NCBI RefSeq assembly: GCF_000315625.1 | Contig: NW_005434598.1 | Location: forward strand, 214,809-278,808 | Length of the DNA stretch: 64,000 nucleotides | Reading direction: 5' to 3' | From: Guillardia theta CCMP2712 | Lineage: Eukaryota; Protista; Cryptophyta | Shown: positions 1 through 12,554 of the stretch, in pieces | Layout of the letters: the number at the start of each line of letters is the position of its first letter | Position numbering within the stretch: position 1 is the first letter of the stretch | Program-made: the position numbers and the translations under genes | The notes under the pieces: model-generated | The model's database searches: none | The model's input: the letters and a program-made list of their open reading frames with translations, nothing else | Told to the model about the DNA's origin: nothing

Positions 1-47
1 AGGTGTGGAGGGGGCAAGGATTGGGGGGAGATGGGGGAGTACACGCA

Positions 48-152
48 GAGGAGGAGGAGCAAGAGGACTAGGAGGGGAAGCTAACGAGGACGAAGAGGAG
101 GAGGAGCAAGAGGACTAGGAGGGGAAGCTAACGAGGACGAAGAGGAGGAGGA
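48..152. repeat. Intronic tandem duplication, 47-bp unit x ~2
   Basis: gaggaggaggagcaagaggactaggaggggaagctaacgaggacgaa occurs twice with period 47. Confidence 0.85.
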
Positions 153-154
153 GG

Positions 155-3100
155 AACCTGCTCTCGGATTTCTCCCACTTCGACTTGAGTAGCTCGATCA
201 ACCGACGGCGATGGGCATCTTGAGTTGGATTCTTCTTTGCGATCTTCAGGATTCTTGGATCTGATATAATGAAGTTATATCATGATGACATCATTGATAA
301 TAACGATGATGTTGAAGAGGAGGAGCAGGAGCTGCGGGAGATTGAGGAGGAGGAGAGTGAGGAGATTGAGGAGAGCAACGACAGGTGTAGCAGCAGGTCA
401 AGGAGGAGCAGCAGGAGCAGGAGCAAGAGGACAAGGAGGACGAGCAGGAGGACGAGCAGGAGGAGGAGGAGGAGGAGGAGGAGGAAGAGCAGACGGAAGG
501 AGACGGGAATGATGAGCTACAACTTGGGATATTTCTTCTTGGGCATCGGCAACTTCTTGTCTGATGGTTTCCCTTCTCGTCTCTGCCATCATCCTTGGCC
601 ATCGCAGACTCGTAGCTCTTCTTGGAAGCTGCTGTTTCTTTGGATTGGATCGGAGAAGAATGCGAAGAAGACTTGTTTCTGAAGTCAAACACGTCCCGTT
701 CCTGGAAGTAACGAGTCACGTATTGACATGTGCAGGAGAGTTTGAGAGTTTGAAGGAGAGTTTGTAAGACTTACCTTTGATCCGTTGCTGTTCTTCACGT
801 TTGCATTGCAGGACCCATCCAACAAGAAATCCTGAGGAGAGGATGGTCAAGGAGGTGTAAAGATCAAGAAACGAGTCCTTACCATTGACATCGGATTTTT
901 GTTTGCAGCCTGAACGTCATGCTCCGATTTAATGTTGGCCCACTGTGATGGAAATGAATAAAGAAGGAGAAAGGTTTGCAGATGATTGGAGAAAGCATAC
1001 AACAGGCAATAAACAACGACAACAAACACAGAAAGTGCAAGACACTTTCGAAGCGTTGCAAACAGCAAACAGCAATACTTCATTCCTCACCAGCTTTGGC
1101 GCTGTGGCCAGGACAGGAGAGTGTTGAGACGGAGAGTCCCTTGACTTCGGCTAAAGATGAAAGAATTCAGTACAGAGAACAAAATACACTTTCACCTCTA
1201 TCACCTTCTTCGCATTCTTTTCATTGCCCACCTGAAATGGCACCGAGAAAATTTGAAATTAAGGAGGAGGATACAAAGAAGAAGCAGGCACCTTAGATCG
1301 CTGCATGAATGCTGCTGAGGTTAAGAGACCGTCGTCCGTCTGCATGAAACAGATGAGAAGAAAAGACAAGACAAGAAAAGACAAGACAAGACAAGACAAG
1401 ACAAGAACGTGAAATGAAGAAGAGAAGGAGCGAAGAGAAACAAAAGGAAGGAAGGAGAAGAGGTAGGCGGAGGAGAGGAGTAGATGAGGGTGCGAGGGAG
1501 CAGCAAATGGAGAGATCAGTTGCAGCGGGAAGAGGGAAGGCAAGGCAAGAGGGAGAGAAAAATCGAACAAAAGGATTTTTCGGTAAGGTAGAGGAGTACG
1601 AGAACAAGTTTTGAGGGCACGCACCAGCACCAGGCTCTCGTCCCTCCCTCTCTTCTTGAATTGATCGGAAAAACTTTGGCTCTGCGAGATAGGAAAACGT
1701 TAAAAGCAGGAGAGCAGCCAGCGAACAAAAGGACGAGGGAAGAAGAGGACGAGAGGAAGAGGAGGGAGAGGGGGAGGGGGAGGGAGTCGGAGAGGGAGAG
1801 GGAGAGGGAGAGGGAGAGGGAGAGGGAGAGGGAGAAGAGGAGGGGGAGGAGGAGGGGGAGGAGGAGGAGACAGGGTAAACATCTCACATCATCGATCACT
1901 ATCCCAGCTGCGGTATGCTTCATACCCAACGCATTCTGCAACTTCTTGTCTTGCCCTCCTCCCGAGGCCGATGGGTGCTGAGATGGTATCGGGTACTTGA
2001 TGTGCTGAGAAGACCCCGGCACCTTCTGCTGCGATTGTTGCTGAAAACTGCTCAGACCTTTTGAGGCTTGTCCAAGGGGGTGGGAGGAGATGGCGGAAGC
2101 TGCTGAGGTTGTTGACTTGCTGAGATTGCTTCCTGCTGTTGTCTTGCTGGGCTGATTCTGGGAGGTCAGGTGGAGGATGGACATGGCAGAACTCGTAGCC
2201 ACTTTCTGCTGACCCGGCGCTGCCGGCGTTTTGCTCTGACCGCCAAGTTGCATGTGCGGTGGAGGCGGTTTGGAGGTGACAGGTTTGGAGGTTTTGGAGG
2301 GAGGAGCTGGCCGATGATGTTGGGACCTTAGTCTGTGATGACGGGGGGGTAGGCTTGGCTTGAGATTGAGCCTGAGGAGAAAGGAGAGGAGAGGAGAGGG
2401 GGAGGAGGGGGAGGGGAGGGGAGAGGCCAAGAGAGGACAGGACAGGACAGGACAGGACAGGACAGGACAGGACAGGACAGGACAGGACAGGACAGGAGGA
2501 GCTCTGTTATTTTTGTTGTACATGTGGATGCAAGAAGAAGGGTACCGATTGAAGCTGTTGGATCTGTTCAAGTTGTTGTTGCAGTTGCAGAATTTGTTGC
2601 AGTTGCTGCCAAGAGCATGAGCAAGTGCGAGGAGAAGGATAAACATACCTGTTGTTGTTGAATCTGCTGTTTGAGTTGTTGAAGCTGATGCTTTGTGTCA
2701 GACCGACGAATATTGTAATTACAATGGAGGGAAAAAGAAGGAAAACAAACAAGGAAGAAAGAAAAACCTGTTGCAAAGGTGCCTAAAACAGATGTCAGAA
2801 TGTCATCCATCGATGATTTTCTTGCAAACAAAAGGAGCAAAATTGCAAAGAAAGCAGAAGCAAGGAGGAATAGAGGAAAAGGAAGTTGAGGAGCAGCAAG
2901 AGAAGCAAGGGAGGAGGACAGGACGCGTTCAGTAAGAAGAGGCGAGGAGGAGAGGAGCAGTAACAACATCACCTGTCCTGCTAGAGCTCCTTGAAGCGCT
3001 GGAAGCAATGCGATCGCAGCGGCTGGGTTAGATTGTAGAGATTGCTGCTGATGCTAGAAGGTAACAAGCATCAGCTTTCCAGCTCGATCGAGAAAGACAG

Positions 3101-4600
3101 GAGTTATCGCAACCTGAAGTTGCAGGACAGACTGCAAGTCAATCAAGTTGTTGACACTCTGCGATTTCGGAGCTTGCGCACTGGGCGACGTCTTGGCTAA
3201 TTGTGCACGAATCTGTTTGTAGATGTGAGTTTTTCCTCTCTTGCGATGATTGCAAGTCACAAAAATGAGAACAATATAGACCTGATGGTCCAGCCAGCTA
3301 CCAGACATGCCGAGTGCAGCATACATGTCATTGAGGTTAAGCTGAAAACCAAGCATCAAAGGGATTGACATCAAATTCTCATATTGTTGGCAGAAGTTGA
3401 CCTGCTTCTGATTGGGTGACTTCTGAAGTGCAATCAGATACAGTGCAAGATGTCTTTCAACCTGCAACTGCGGTCAGCTTGCTTACAAACACAACCCTAT
3501 AGACCTGTTGAAGCGTTCTCGTGCCAACTCTCAAGAAGAGATCATGCACGTCGGGGAGAACAGATGACCCTAACCCAGCAAGAAAACGAGTGTGCTCCTG
3601 ATGTTACAAGCTTGTCAGTGTGCAAGAGTGTGCAAGGGATCGATCCTTTACCTCCGTTGACCAGAAGTTGTCGTAAGATTGTGTGGATGGACCCACAAGT
3701 TGCTGAATGAGCAGAGTCTGCGCAGAGAAGCGGATTATTATATCCAAGTAGAACAGCGCATGCGCACAACAAACCTGTGGCAACAATGATGTTTGCCCGC
3801 CAAACGGGTTGTGTAGGACAGGCTGGACGAAACAGACAAGTCAGAGTCACAAAGTTGCATGGATGTTTCAGCCGACCGTTTGTAAGTTCAGTTGTGACAG
3901 AGCTGCTGCTGCTGTTAATCCGGTAGAACTTGGAAAAGCTGAAACAAGAACATCAACTCATCCCGGTGCCTCAAATTCCCCTCTCATCCAACATCTTGAA
4001 ACAGATATCTCATCTTCCTCTCATCTTCCTCTCCTCCCTCTCCTCCCTCTTCCCCTGCTTTCTGTCACCCTCCCTCTTCGTTCTTTGCCTCTCAGCGCTT
4101 TGCGCTCTTTCCGCCAACAATATGTTTCGCACCTGTTGAAGTACGCTGCTCCGTTGAAGTTGAACCGGACGAGCTTGGCTGACCGGACACTGCAACTCAT
4201 GTGAGCGAAGACAGATTGATTTTTTTCACCCCAGAGACGAGCAAGTGGAAGACATTCAGAGGATGAAAGGAGGATGAAGGAGCCAGCAAATCACATGAGG
4301 AGGAAATCGAACGATTCATGCTATGGAAGCAGACTGCAGCCGTCCAGGAAGGTGGAACAAGATCGTTACCTTGAGAGAGCAGCATACTCCAGCTCTCTTT
4401 CAACCGTTTTGGGTCTAAATTAGACGTTTTTGATTGCCGAACAGCTCTGAAAACAACCAAAAACGGGGTTTCAGAAACTGGATATATTTGTAAAATGCCA
4501 CTCCTTCTTTGAGCTGAGCTTAACCTCGACCGAGTTCAACTACAGCAAAGAAGCAGACAAATGAAGGCATCTTCCTCATGGTCTGAACAGAACGTCGAGA
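155..4600 (-). CDS. Multi-exon Myb/SANT (SHAQKY-class) transcription-factor-like protein, Gln/Ser-rich; runs off the window start, 5' end approximate
   Basis: Spliced exons ~3400-3720 read DNFWSTE|EHTRFLAGLGSSVLPDVHDLFLRVGTRTLQQ|VERHLALYLIALQK, matching the Myb pattern W(S/T)xEEHxxFLxGL...VGTRTxxQVxxH. Further GT-AG exons with low-complexity Q/S/P sequence continue to ~155. Confidence 0.65.
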
Positions 4601-5239
4601 CAGCACAAACTGAGTAAACAGGCGACAAGAAAGGGGGCTTGACACTGAAAAGCTCAACTGAAACATTCAATTGGGAATTTTGCAGTGAACCTCACCCGAT
4701 TCTAATGACCACACATTATCATTGCTCCTACGAGACCATTAAGATTTTGATGCGTATTTCGCGGGCAATACAAATGCTGCATCAAACAAGAGGGGTGGAG
4801 AAAATAAAACTATGATGCAGGGAAAGGTTGAGCAGGTTCCAAAATGCTCAATTTTCTCCGCCAAATGGTAACGATTACGAGACCATCAGTCTTGAAGTAT
4901 GATACCATAGTACAAATTCAAACATGGAAGGAAGACATTTTCAATTGGGTATTGGTCAAGCGCACAACAGGGTATCGAATACAGCCTTTCTTACAGCATG
5001 CGTCTTGCGCTGAATTGAATGCCGCGCTAACAAAAGTTGGAACAATTGTCTTTTACGTGCATCCAATGTCATGAAACATCACAAACATCTGTATCCGAAA
5101 GCAAGAACGCTCGTTTTCCTTTCTCCTCCCCCTCAACTCCCTCACCCCCCCCCTGCCATTCCTCCTCTTCTTCATTCTACTGCCTCCCACTCTCTCCCTC
5201 CACACCCCCACCCGCAGCACACCCCCACCCCCCATGAAT

Positions 5240-6000
5240 CATCCCCACCCCTTGAGAGTTGCATCTGACCCCTGGCCATGAGGTCCAGTACCCCTACCAT
5301 CTCCCCATTGCTGTGACTTCTTTACTACAGAGTACCACTGACCATACTACCCCTACCCCCTTTTGCATCAGCTCATCCACCTCAAAAATAAAAAAACTCA
5401 TTATTATTAGTGCCACGGCTCCAACCACCATTATCCCCCACCCCCAGTTGGATACCACCCTACCCCCAAATACCCAGCAACATCATTACTAGACTACCAC
5501 CCGTGGGTATCCGAGCTATCTCGGAGGCGCCGTCACATAGAGAGATCTTCGAGTTCAACCCTACCCCCATCTTGAACTGAAATGGTACCCTACCCTTGTT
5601 CCGTTAAGATTCTACCCACCCTACCCCTCCTCTCAATTGTGGAAACTATTTAGAAGGATACCCTACCCCATTTTCAAGTCACTTCAACCCCTACCCTGCC
5701 GGGCAAACAAGACGTCCCCAGTTTACATGTATACCCTCTCAAGATATCTTGATTGTGCTTACCACCCCTACCCCTTTCGGCGATATGTATCCCCAATCAA
5801 TACCTCCTTGGACCACTACCCCACCCATGCCATAAACAGGGAAAAAGAGATGCGAGTACCCCACCCACCCTCAAAAAAAGGAACAAAACAATATGGAAGG
5901 AAAAAAGAAGATGACCCTCCCTATCCCAAATCTGTTCCACCCCTTTCCCCCAACCCTCTTTCAATCGTCAACTACCCGTACCAACTCCTATAAAGAACCC
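5240..6000. promoter_or_regulatory. TACCC/ACCCC-rich intergenic island upstream of the Myb gene
   Basis: Dense taccc/ccctaccc words, non-coding; similar islands lie upstream of other genes in the window. Confidence 0.35.
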
Positions 6001-6169
6001 TCACTTTCCCCCAGATGTCAGCAGTGATGACAGGACCCTGATGTGCGCTCAAGGTGACTACAACAAAGAAGTCTTTAAATAGAGCGTTTGGTGGAGATGC
6101 TTTAAAGAGGGCACTCGAAAAAAGTACTTATCGACACAATTCAGCTCGAATGAGGCGTATCTGCCCAAG

Positions 6170-6750
6170 ACTGCTCACACGGACCGTTACTGTCGGACGG
6201 CTCGGTTACTGAGCGCCGCCGCGGCCGGGCGCGCGGCGCCGCGGCACTGCCGCAGGCCCGGCGTTCGGACCCGGTACACTCAGACCGCCCGCCGCTCCCC
6301 CCGGGGCCCCGGCACGGGGACTCCGATCCAGTCACCGCACGGTGCCGCTGCGGCCCGGCCACCAGGCCGGGGGCCGGGGGTGTCAGTCACACGGCGGCGG
6401 CGGGGTGACTGGCACCCTCAGCGACGGTGGCACTGCCACAGTGGAGCCGGGCTGAGTGCGGCGTTGCCCGCCACCCCGGGCCGCGCCGGTCACCCGGCGT
6501 GTCGGACCGCCCGGCCACCGGGTCGGAAGTAACTTCCCGGGGAGCCCCCCCGGCCGCTCCGACGGTTACCGGCGTCCCGACAACACCGCCGGGGCCTGGG
6601 CCGGGGCGCGCGCCGGTCGGCAAACTAGCCCGGTTTGAGAGTCGGCCTGACCAACCGTCCGGCCCGTCCGACCGGCCCACTGGAATCCGGCCGCCGCGTG
6701 ACTCCGTGATGGAACGTATGCCAGCCGTGCCAGTCAGATAGCGCCGAGTT
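6170..6750. other. Very GC/CpG-rich non-coding block
   Basis: Abrupt GC-rich block with ccggg/gccgg/tgactc/cagtcac words; its ORFs have no domain. Same block type at ~26200-26750, 35380-35620, 45000-45350 and 48680-49130. Confidence 0.5.
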
Positions 6751-8475
6751 AACAAAAACTCTCCTGTAAACCAAGACGACTTACGTGGCAGGGCGGTATG
6801 TAGCGTATGTGACGAAGAGGAGGCCTTCCTAGCCGTCTTGCTAAGGTCCCCTCATGTCTGGATGCTTGGGTTTCACATCCTAGCCGCTACAGTCTATCTC
6901 TCATGTGCTCCTCAATTCTGGTTTTGTGTGCATTAAACTCGGTCTTGAGCAAAAACTGTCTTGTTACCAACGAAGGTCGATGTGATATCTGCGTGACTTT
7001 GGACTAGTACAAGTCTAACAAACTTGTATTCCGTCACTCCGAGATCACGGTCACGGCTGGTCACCCGGCGCGGCCCGGCCGGGCCCGGGTCCAACTTGGT
7101 TGGGATTAAAGTTACATTTCCTGCCAGCGCCGTGCCAACTGCTTCAGTAGATGTGCGGGCATGCGCGGGGCTTTTAGATTGTTGTCAGCATCGTTATGTG
7201 CGATTCACGCATGAGTGCAGTGGTGAAACTATGTCATCATCGAAGATCTGAACATGTTTTCAATCTATCATGTGAGAAAACGATACATCCCTCCTGAGCT
7301 ACTCAGTAGTATGCGACTGGAGTTCATGTATTGTCATAGCAATGTCCTGGTCCATCCGATGCTCACTTCATAACGTGTTTGTTCTGCTTTGGGAAAGTTT
7401 TGTGAGGTGCAATTTGGCTACGTGTTCTTGTATCATTTTGTATGGTGACATTGAAATCATAATATCAAAATATTTCATGTTGGGGACCGTTTGGATTTGC
7501 ATGCAGCTTCATTCTGTTTGTTTTGGTCAACCCTGTTTGAAACGTATGTCTCAAACGTCAGCATGCTTTGCACCTTCTCTGCTTCCCTTTTGCCTGATGA
7601 TGCAACTTGCTACGCATGCGAAGAACCACCGTAAACACCATTGAAACTAAATTTTTCTGTTGTTGATTTAAAAATCTCCGGAAAATACAGTCATGCAGAC
7701 TCGTGTTTGGCATAACAAGTTACTTGATTGCTAGTATGACAGACTAGGGGGTCAATCTTCAAACAAGGCGTTGCAAGACACTCTTATGAAACTGATTGGT
7801 TGACGTTTGACTGCTGCATTCATCAGCGTAGAAAGCATCCTTCAAGTAAACATCTGACACAAACGTCTGACACAAACACCAATCTTCCCACTACTCTCGA
7901 TATGGCGAATCACAGCACTTTAAGTAGTACAACCGATGCCACATCAACACATCTGCAGTGTTCTAAAGTCAAATCTCCAGCCATGCCGGTTGGTCCCGCG
8001 AAGGATATTAGGCCGTCAGAAACAGAGTAACACAAGAAAGACGCGATCTCATGTGAATTTTCCCTGAACTTTGCAGTTTCCAAAGACATGAAGGGATTGG
8101 GGAATACCATATCACCTACTGTCAATCCTGAATTTACACGCCCCAGACCAGTTTGAATGTATCATCGTTATGAAGTTGTCTCCTCACGTAGGATTATATA
8201 CATGCTAGCATGAAAGATTGGGTTGTCTTGAACATCATGTTGAGCTTACGCTATCTTACTCAAATGTTCTTATATACACAGCCTGGTGGTGATAGAGGAG
8301 TTGCAGTAGCTTCACCTTCAGAAAAGGTGGCAGGGCTAAAATCTATTTCTCCTTGTTGACGCTTACAGACGAGACCCAGCCACATGGACAAGTGACTTGA
8401 ACTCGTTCAACTGCATCTCGAAGCTGGTTAAACTCGACGCCTCTCAATAATCATAGCCATGCGCTTTCTATGGGA

Positions 8476-8605
8476 TCACTTCACAATATCTGTATGAAGC
8501 GATCCTTCATTTTCACTTGCATTAGCCCAAGGTGCGATCAGATGAGATACATCAAGGTTTGTGTCCAGGATGAAGCAACTCATCCAATGATATCAGTAGT
8601 ACATG
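8476..8605 (+). pseudogene. Inverted, decayed fragment of the 3' part of the adjacent JmjC/zinc-finger gene
   Basis: 8496-8564 aligns (~80% by eye) with the minus strand of 9239-9308 (KRSFIFTCISPRCDQ vs KRCSIFTCTNPKCDQ plus the intron start, donor GT>AT). 8567-8605 aligns with the minus strand of 8941-8979 (RMKQLIQ*YQ*YM vs RMKQLIQGYEYYM). Confidence 0.75.
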
Positions 8606-8937
8606 ACTTCGTTGAGGTCCAACCCCACTTTCAACTTGCCAGCCTCAACAATGACATCATGATGATTTACACTAGTCTTGTAACAGTCAGTAGCAGTCAG
8701 TGACTCTGGACTGGCAGGCTGGGAATGGTTTGAAGGCGTTTCAGAGCAAGTGACTACCATTGATTGCGAATCAACTTAGTCACCATCGACAAGTCCTACT
8801 TAGTCTTAACGTGTGGGTACCTTTTACAATCAAAAACACTATATCAAAACTTCACTTTCACTGTACAGAGATCGGATGCCGGGGAAAAACTTCAAGTTGT
8901 CGGACAAAGACAAACTTGTCTTGAAACGCAAATGCGA

Positions 8938-11324
8938 TCACATGTAGTACTCATATCCTTGGATGAGCTGCTTCATCCTTCTTCTGTACCTCTTGCAGTG
9001 CAAGTGATCTTCTTTGCAGACACTCTTGGTGCAGCAGCAGTTCCTGATAACAACACCAGAAATCAGCGAGGATTGCACTGAGTGGACTGGATAGACTGAC
9101 CTGCGACACAGCGGGCACTTCCATTCGCACTTGTCGGCTTCCTGCTGAGAGCGGAAAGAGAGAGGAGAGTTCAGATGATTCTTGCAGCATTTGTCACAGA
9201 ACATCTGCAAGACAACTCGATCAGCACAACACATCTGCACACACAACCTTCACGTGTCTGACCTGATCGCACTTTGGGTTCGTGCAAGTGAAGATTGAGC
9301 ATCGCTTCGGCGCGTGCTCACAGAAGTGACAGTTCTTGTTCTTAAGCTCCACGGGCTCACCAGCAGCCTTGGCACCATCCGTTTCATACTTCCTCTTCCT
9401 GCGCCGTCGGATTGCTCCTTCCCCTCCCCACTCCTCCGCCAAGTCTCCTTCTCCCTGGCTCGAGCTGTTCGCCTCCTCCTTGAGTGGCTCCTCAAACACT
9501 TCCCTGGCGTTGCTGTCTGCTGGGAGGGACGTCTTGGCGATCTCGATGACGCCCATGGGAGGCCTGCTGGGATCTGTGCTGGGATGGTGCTGGAGATGAA
9601 GCACCTGACAACGACGGGGTGAGGACAGCGGGGGGATGTTGGTGAGATGTACCTCGCTGCAGTTGAAGCCATGATCGATGTGGCAGTGGTAAGAGTTGCT
9701 CCAGTGAATGATGATCTCGCCTTGCTGCACGATTGTCTTGTGGAACGGAATCTCAAACCGGCGGAGAACCTGCGAGAGGAGGAGGGTGAGGGATCTTGAC
9801 ACGTGTAGGAGATGAAGAGAGTTGGAGGGGAAGAAAGAAAACGATAACAGGAAGGAGTGAAGCAGCATGGGAGGGAGGGAGGCAGGTAGGGAGGGAGGTA
9901 TGGATGGAGGAAGGGAGTAGGAGAGAGAAAAGGCAAGGACCAAGGCTGTTCCATCACACAGACGTACCACAGGGTCGATCAAACAGTCCCGGGAGATGGA
10001 AGAGAAAGGGCTCTGAGAAGACCCGAATGATGTTCTGCGAAATCAAATCAGCTTCGAGGTTTAGAGGAAGTCTGATACGCACTTGTTGATTTCTTGCGGG
10101 AGATTGTCTAACTTCTCCTTGTAGGCAGGTGGAACGACGTAGACCGTCTTGCTGGCTCCAAAGTGCAACAACAAGAGCGACTTGCTCTGATCAGATGAAC
10201 ATGTCCAACCTTCGGCCTGAAAGGATGACGAATGAGAAATGTGAACCAAAGACCCTGTCACATCAAGAGAAATTTCTTACAGCTCGGCTCATTCCCAAGG
10301 AGACCGAGTGGTGTTGTGCTTGACTTAGTTTCCCTCCAAGAAAGTTCCTTCCTCCTTCATCGAGCAGCGAGAAATCTTCATGGTGGGCGGTCTCAACCTC
10401 CTGCCCTATCGCCCCGACGTCCCTCCAGAATTCGATCTCGAGAGTCTTTCCATCCTCCCGCCACTCCTCATACTCCTCGCTCTTCTGCACGAGGGAGGAC
10501 TTGACGGTTGGAAAATCGCTAGTCTGCTGCTCTTGGCGCTTGATGGAGTACCAACCACACTCATGGTCGTCAAGGTAGACTCTGGACTGTCGACAGAACT
10601 TCCAACTGTCAAGCTTCGTTGCTCTGTGCTTGCTATTCTGCTCCAGCCAGCCAGTAGGAGGCACGATCTTGACAGCTCCATGAAACCTGCCCACAGCGTC
10701 GATCGATTTCAAAAATTCAGGAAGGTTGTTGAGTTCGGTGAACGAAGGCTTCAAGATTGGAACTTCAGTGACAGCAGGGACATGTAACATTGAGACATGC
10801 GCGTGATTTGCCTTCTTGATCACATTGACGTGCTCATGCTGCTCCTGCTCCTGCTGGTAGATGTTGTTGCTCGGTCTTGTAACGTTCTTCGAGCTGCTTG
10901 CTGCAGTGGGGGTCCATTGTTCAGAATACAGTCTGTTCATGTTGCAGAGGCTGTAGAGAGAGGGCTCGTCTTCGAAATGCTCTTCCTCCGCCTGATTGAA
11001 CTTCTCCCATCCCATCGTTGCGAGCGATGATGGACGCAGGACCAGAGAAGTCAGCGAGCTCAACGTCTCCTTGATCTCTTCGTCCGAGTGAGGCTCGTCG
11101 CAGAAGAGCTCGATGCCGAACTGACGTGATTTCGCATCATCCTGGTCCTCGATGTCTCGTTGAAACACGTCGTCCTCTTGCTGACTGTTGTCAAACTCGT
11201 AGTCGTATCGACAGACCTGCTCCAGCCCGTTCGACCAAGACTGTAGAAATTGCATTCCCGAAAGCGATTCTAATCTTTCGTACTCAATGTCAAGGTCCTT
11301 GTTAGGATTTTTCAAACGTGACAT
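8938..11324 (-). CDS. JmjN + JmjC (KDM4/KDM5-like, predicted inactive) protein with C-terminal zf-4CXXC_R1-like zinc finger; ~7 exons
   Basis: JmjN: VPILKPSFTELNNLPEFLKSIDAVGRFHGAVKIVPPTGW. JmjC: GMSRA|AEGWTCSSDQSKSLLLLHFGASKTVYVVPP and VQQGEIIIHWSNSYHCHIDHGFNCSE. Finger: CHFCEHAPKRCSIFTCTNPKCDQ|MFCDKCCKNHL...WKCPLCRR|NCCCTKSVC. Confidence 0.85.
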
Positions 11325-12278
11325 TCAAGGTCTTGCTAGGGTGAAGGGCGAATACAAGGAAAGAGGAGCTGATGAAACTACCGACTCGTACAAAGACAAG
11401 TTGACGAGTGAGATTAGATTGATGGCAGCTGCTTTGTACCAAGGGGGGAGAGACTCGGCGACAAGAAGACAAGCAAACAAAGGAAGACGTGGAAGGAAGC
11501 GAGGAGGAAGGAAGCGAGGAGGAAGGAAGCGAGGAGGAAGGAAGCAAGGAGGTGGTGGTGGTAGGGGCGGGCAGGAACAAGGGGCAGCACGAGGAGCGAA
11601 CCCTCGTAAGAGTGGGGAAGAAGATTCTCATGATTATCGTAGGGGTACAAGATGGGGAACGAGGAGGTAGGGGTACTTGGGGAGCAAACAGTGTCAGGTC
11701 ACGTAGTAAAACAATTGAAATCGAATCGATGTATTTTTGATAGACAGACCAATTGCAGTGACTGGCTAGAATACTCTAGAGATGAGGCTTCACAACGTTT
11801 CGAGGAACAATGGGGGTTAGAACGTCAGCAAATCTCCTGAAAGAGAGTCTTTTCACGAATATCTTCCAGCGGAACATGAGTGGTCTTGGCCCTCTCACGG
11901 CTGCTGAGGTGTGTAAGGCAGACACATTTGACAGGGGGTAGGGTCATACCACCTACCCTACTTTTTACCTCTTCTAATTATGTCATTATGGGGTAGTAGG
12001 GGTAGACAGCCCTCCCAACAGTCAAACACTGTCACAATCGGTTTCGGCGCAGTCGCAATACCACCCCCTAAAATCCCAGTCTTAGTACCCCCCCCAGGAA
12101 GTTCCCTGGCTCCTTGCTTCGATCGACAGGCACAGCAATATGCCGGATGATGTCCTGCGAATCTATTTATATAATTCCCTTCCCATCTCACATTTCTGAT
12201 TTGTTTTACTCAAGTGGACAGAAGCAACGGAAGGTAGCTAAATGTGAGCCTGCCTCAGGTACCACATTATGAAAAAAT

Positions 12279-12378
12279 NNNNNNNNNNNNNNNNNNNNNN
12301 NNNNNNNNNNNNNNNNNNNNNNNNNNNNNNNNNNNNNNNNNNNNNNNNNNNNNNNNNNNNNNNNNNNNNNNNNNNNNN
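12279..12378. other. Assembly gap (100 N)
   Basis: Run of N. Confidence 1.
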
Positions 12379-12554
12379 AGGAGGAGGAGGAGGAGAAGGA
12401 GAAGGAGAAGGAGAAGGAGGGAAAGATGATGATGACGGAGCTGATGATGACGGAGACGAGTAAAGGACATTAAGGTCTTGCGGCGAGGTTTCTCTTTCGG
12501 AAAGCTGTGGTGCCCCCGTCCCACATGTGACTTTTCTCGGTTAGGTGTCATGTT

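Noticed and set aside
48-152. CRISPR-like repeat
   Set aside because: Two adjacent copies with no spacer, in a eukaryotic intron
5240-6000. Telomeric repeat or interstitial telomere
   Set aside because: CCCTA-like words are dispersed, not tandem arrays
6141-6755. Pro/Gly/Arg-rich ORFs in GC blocks (also 48683-49074 and 35402-35749)
   Set aside because: Stop-poor high-GC sequence, mostly non-ATG starts, no domains; treated as non-coding
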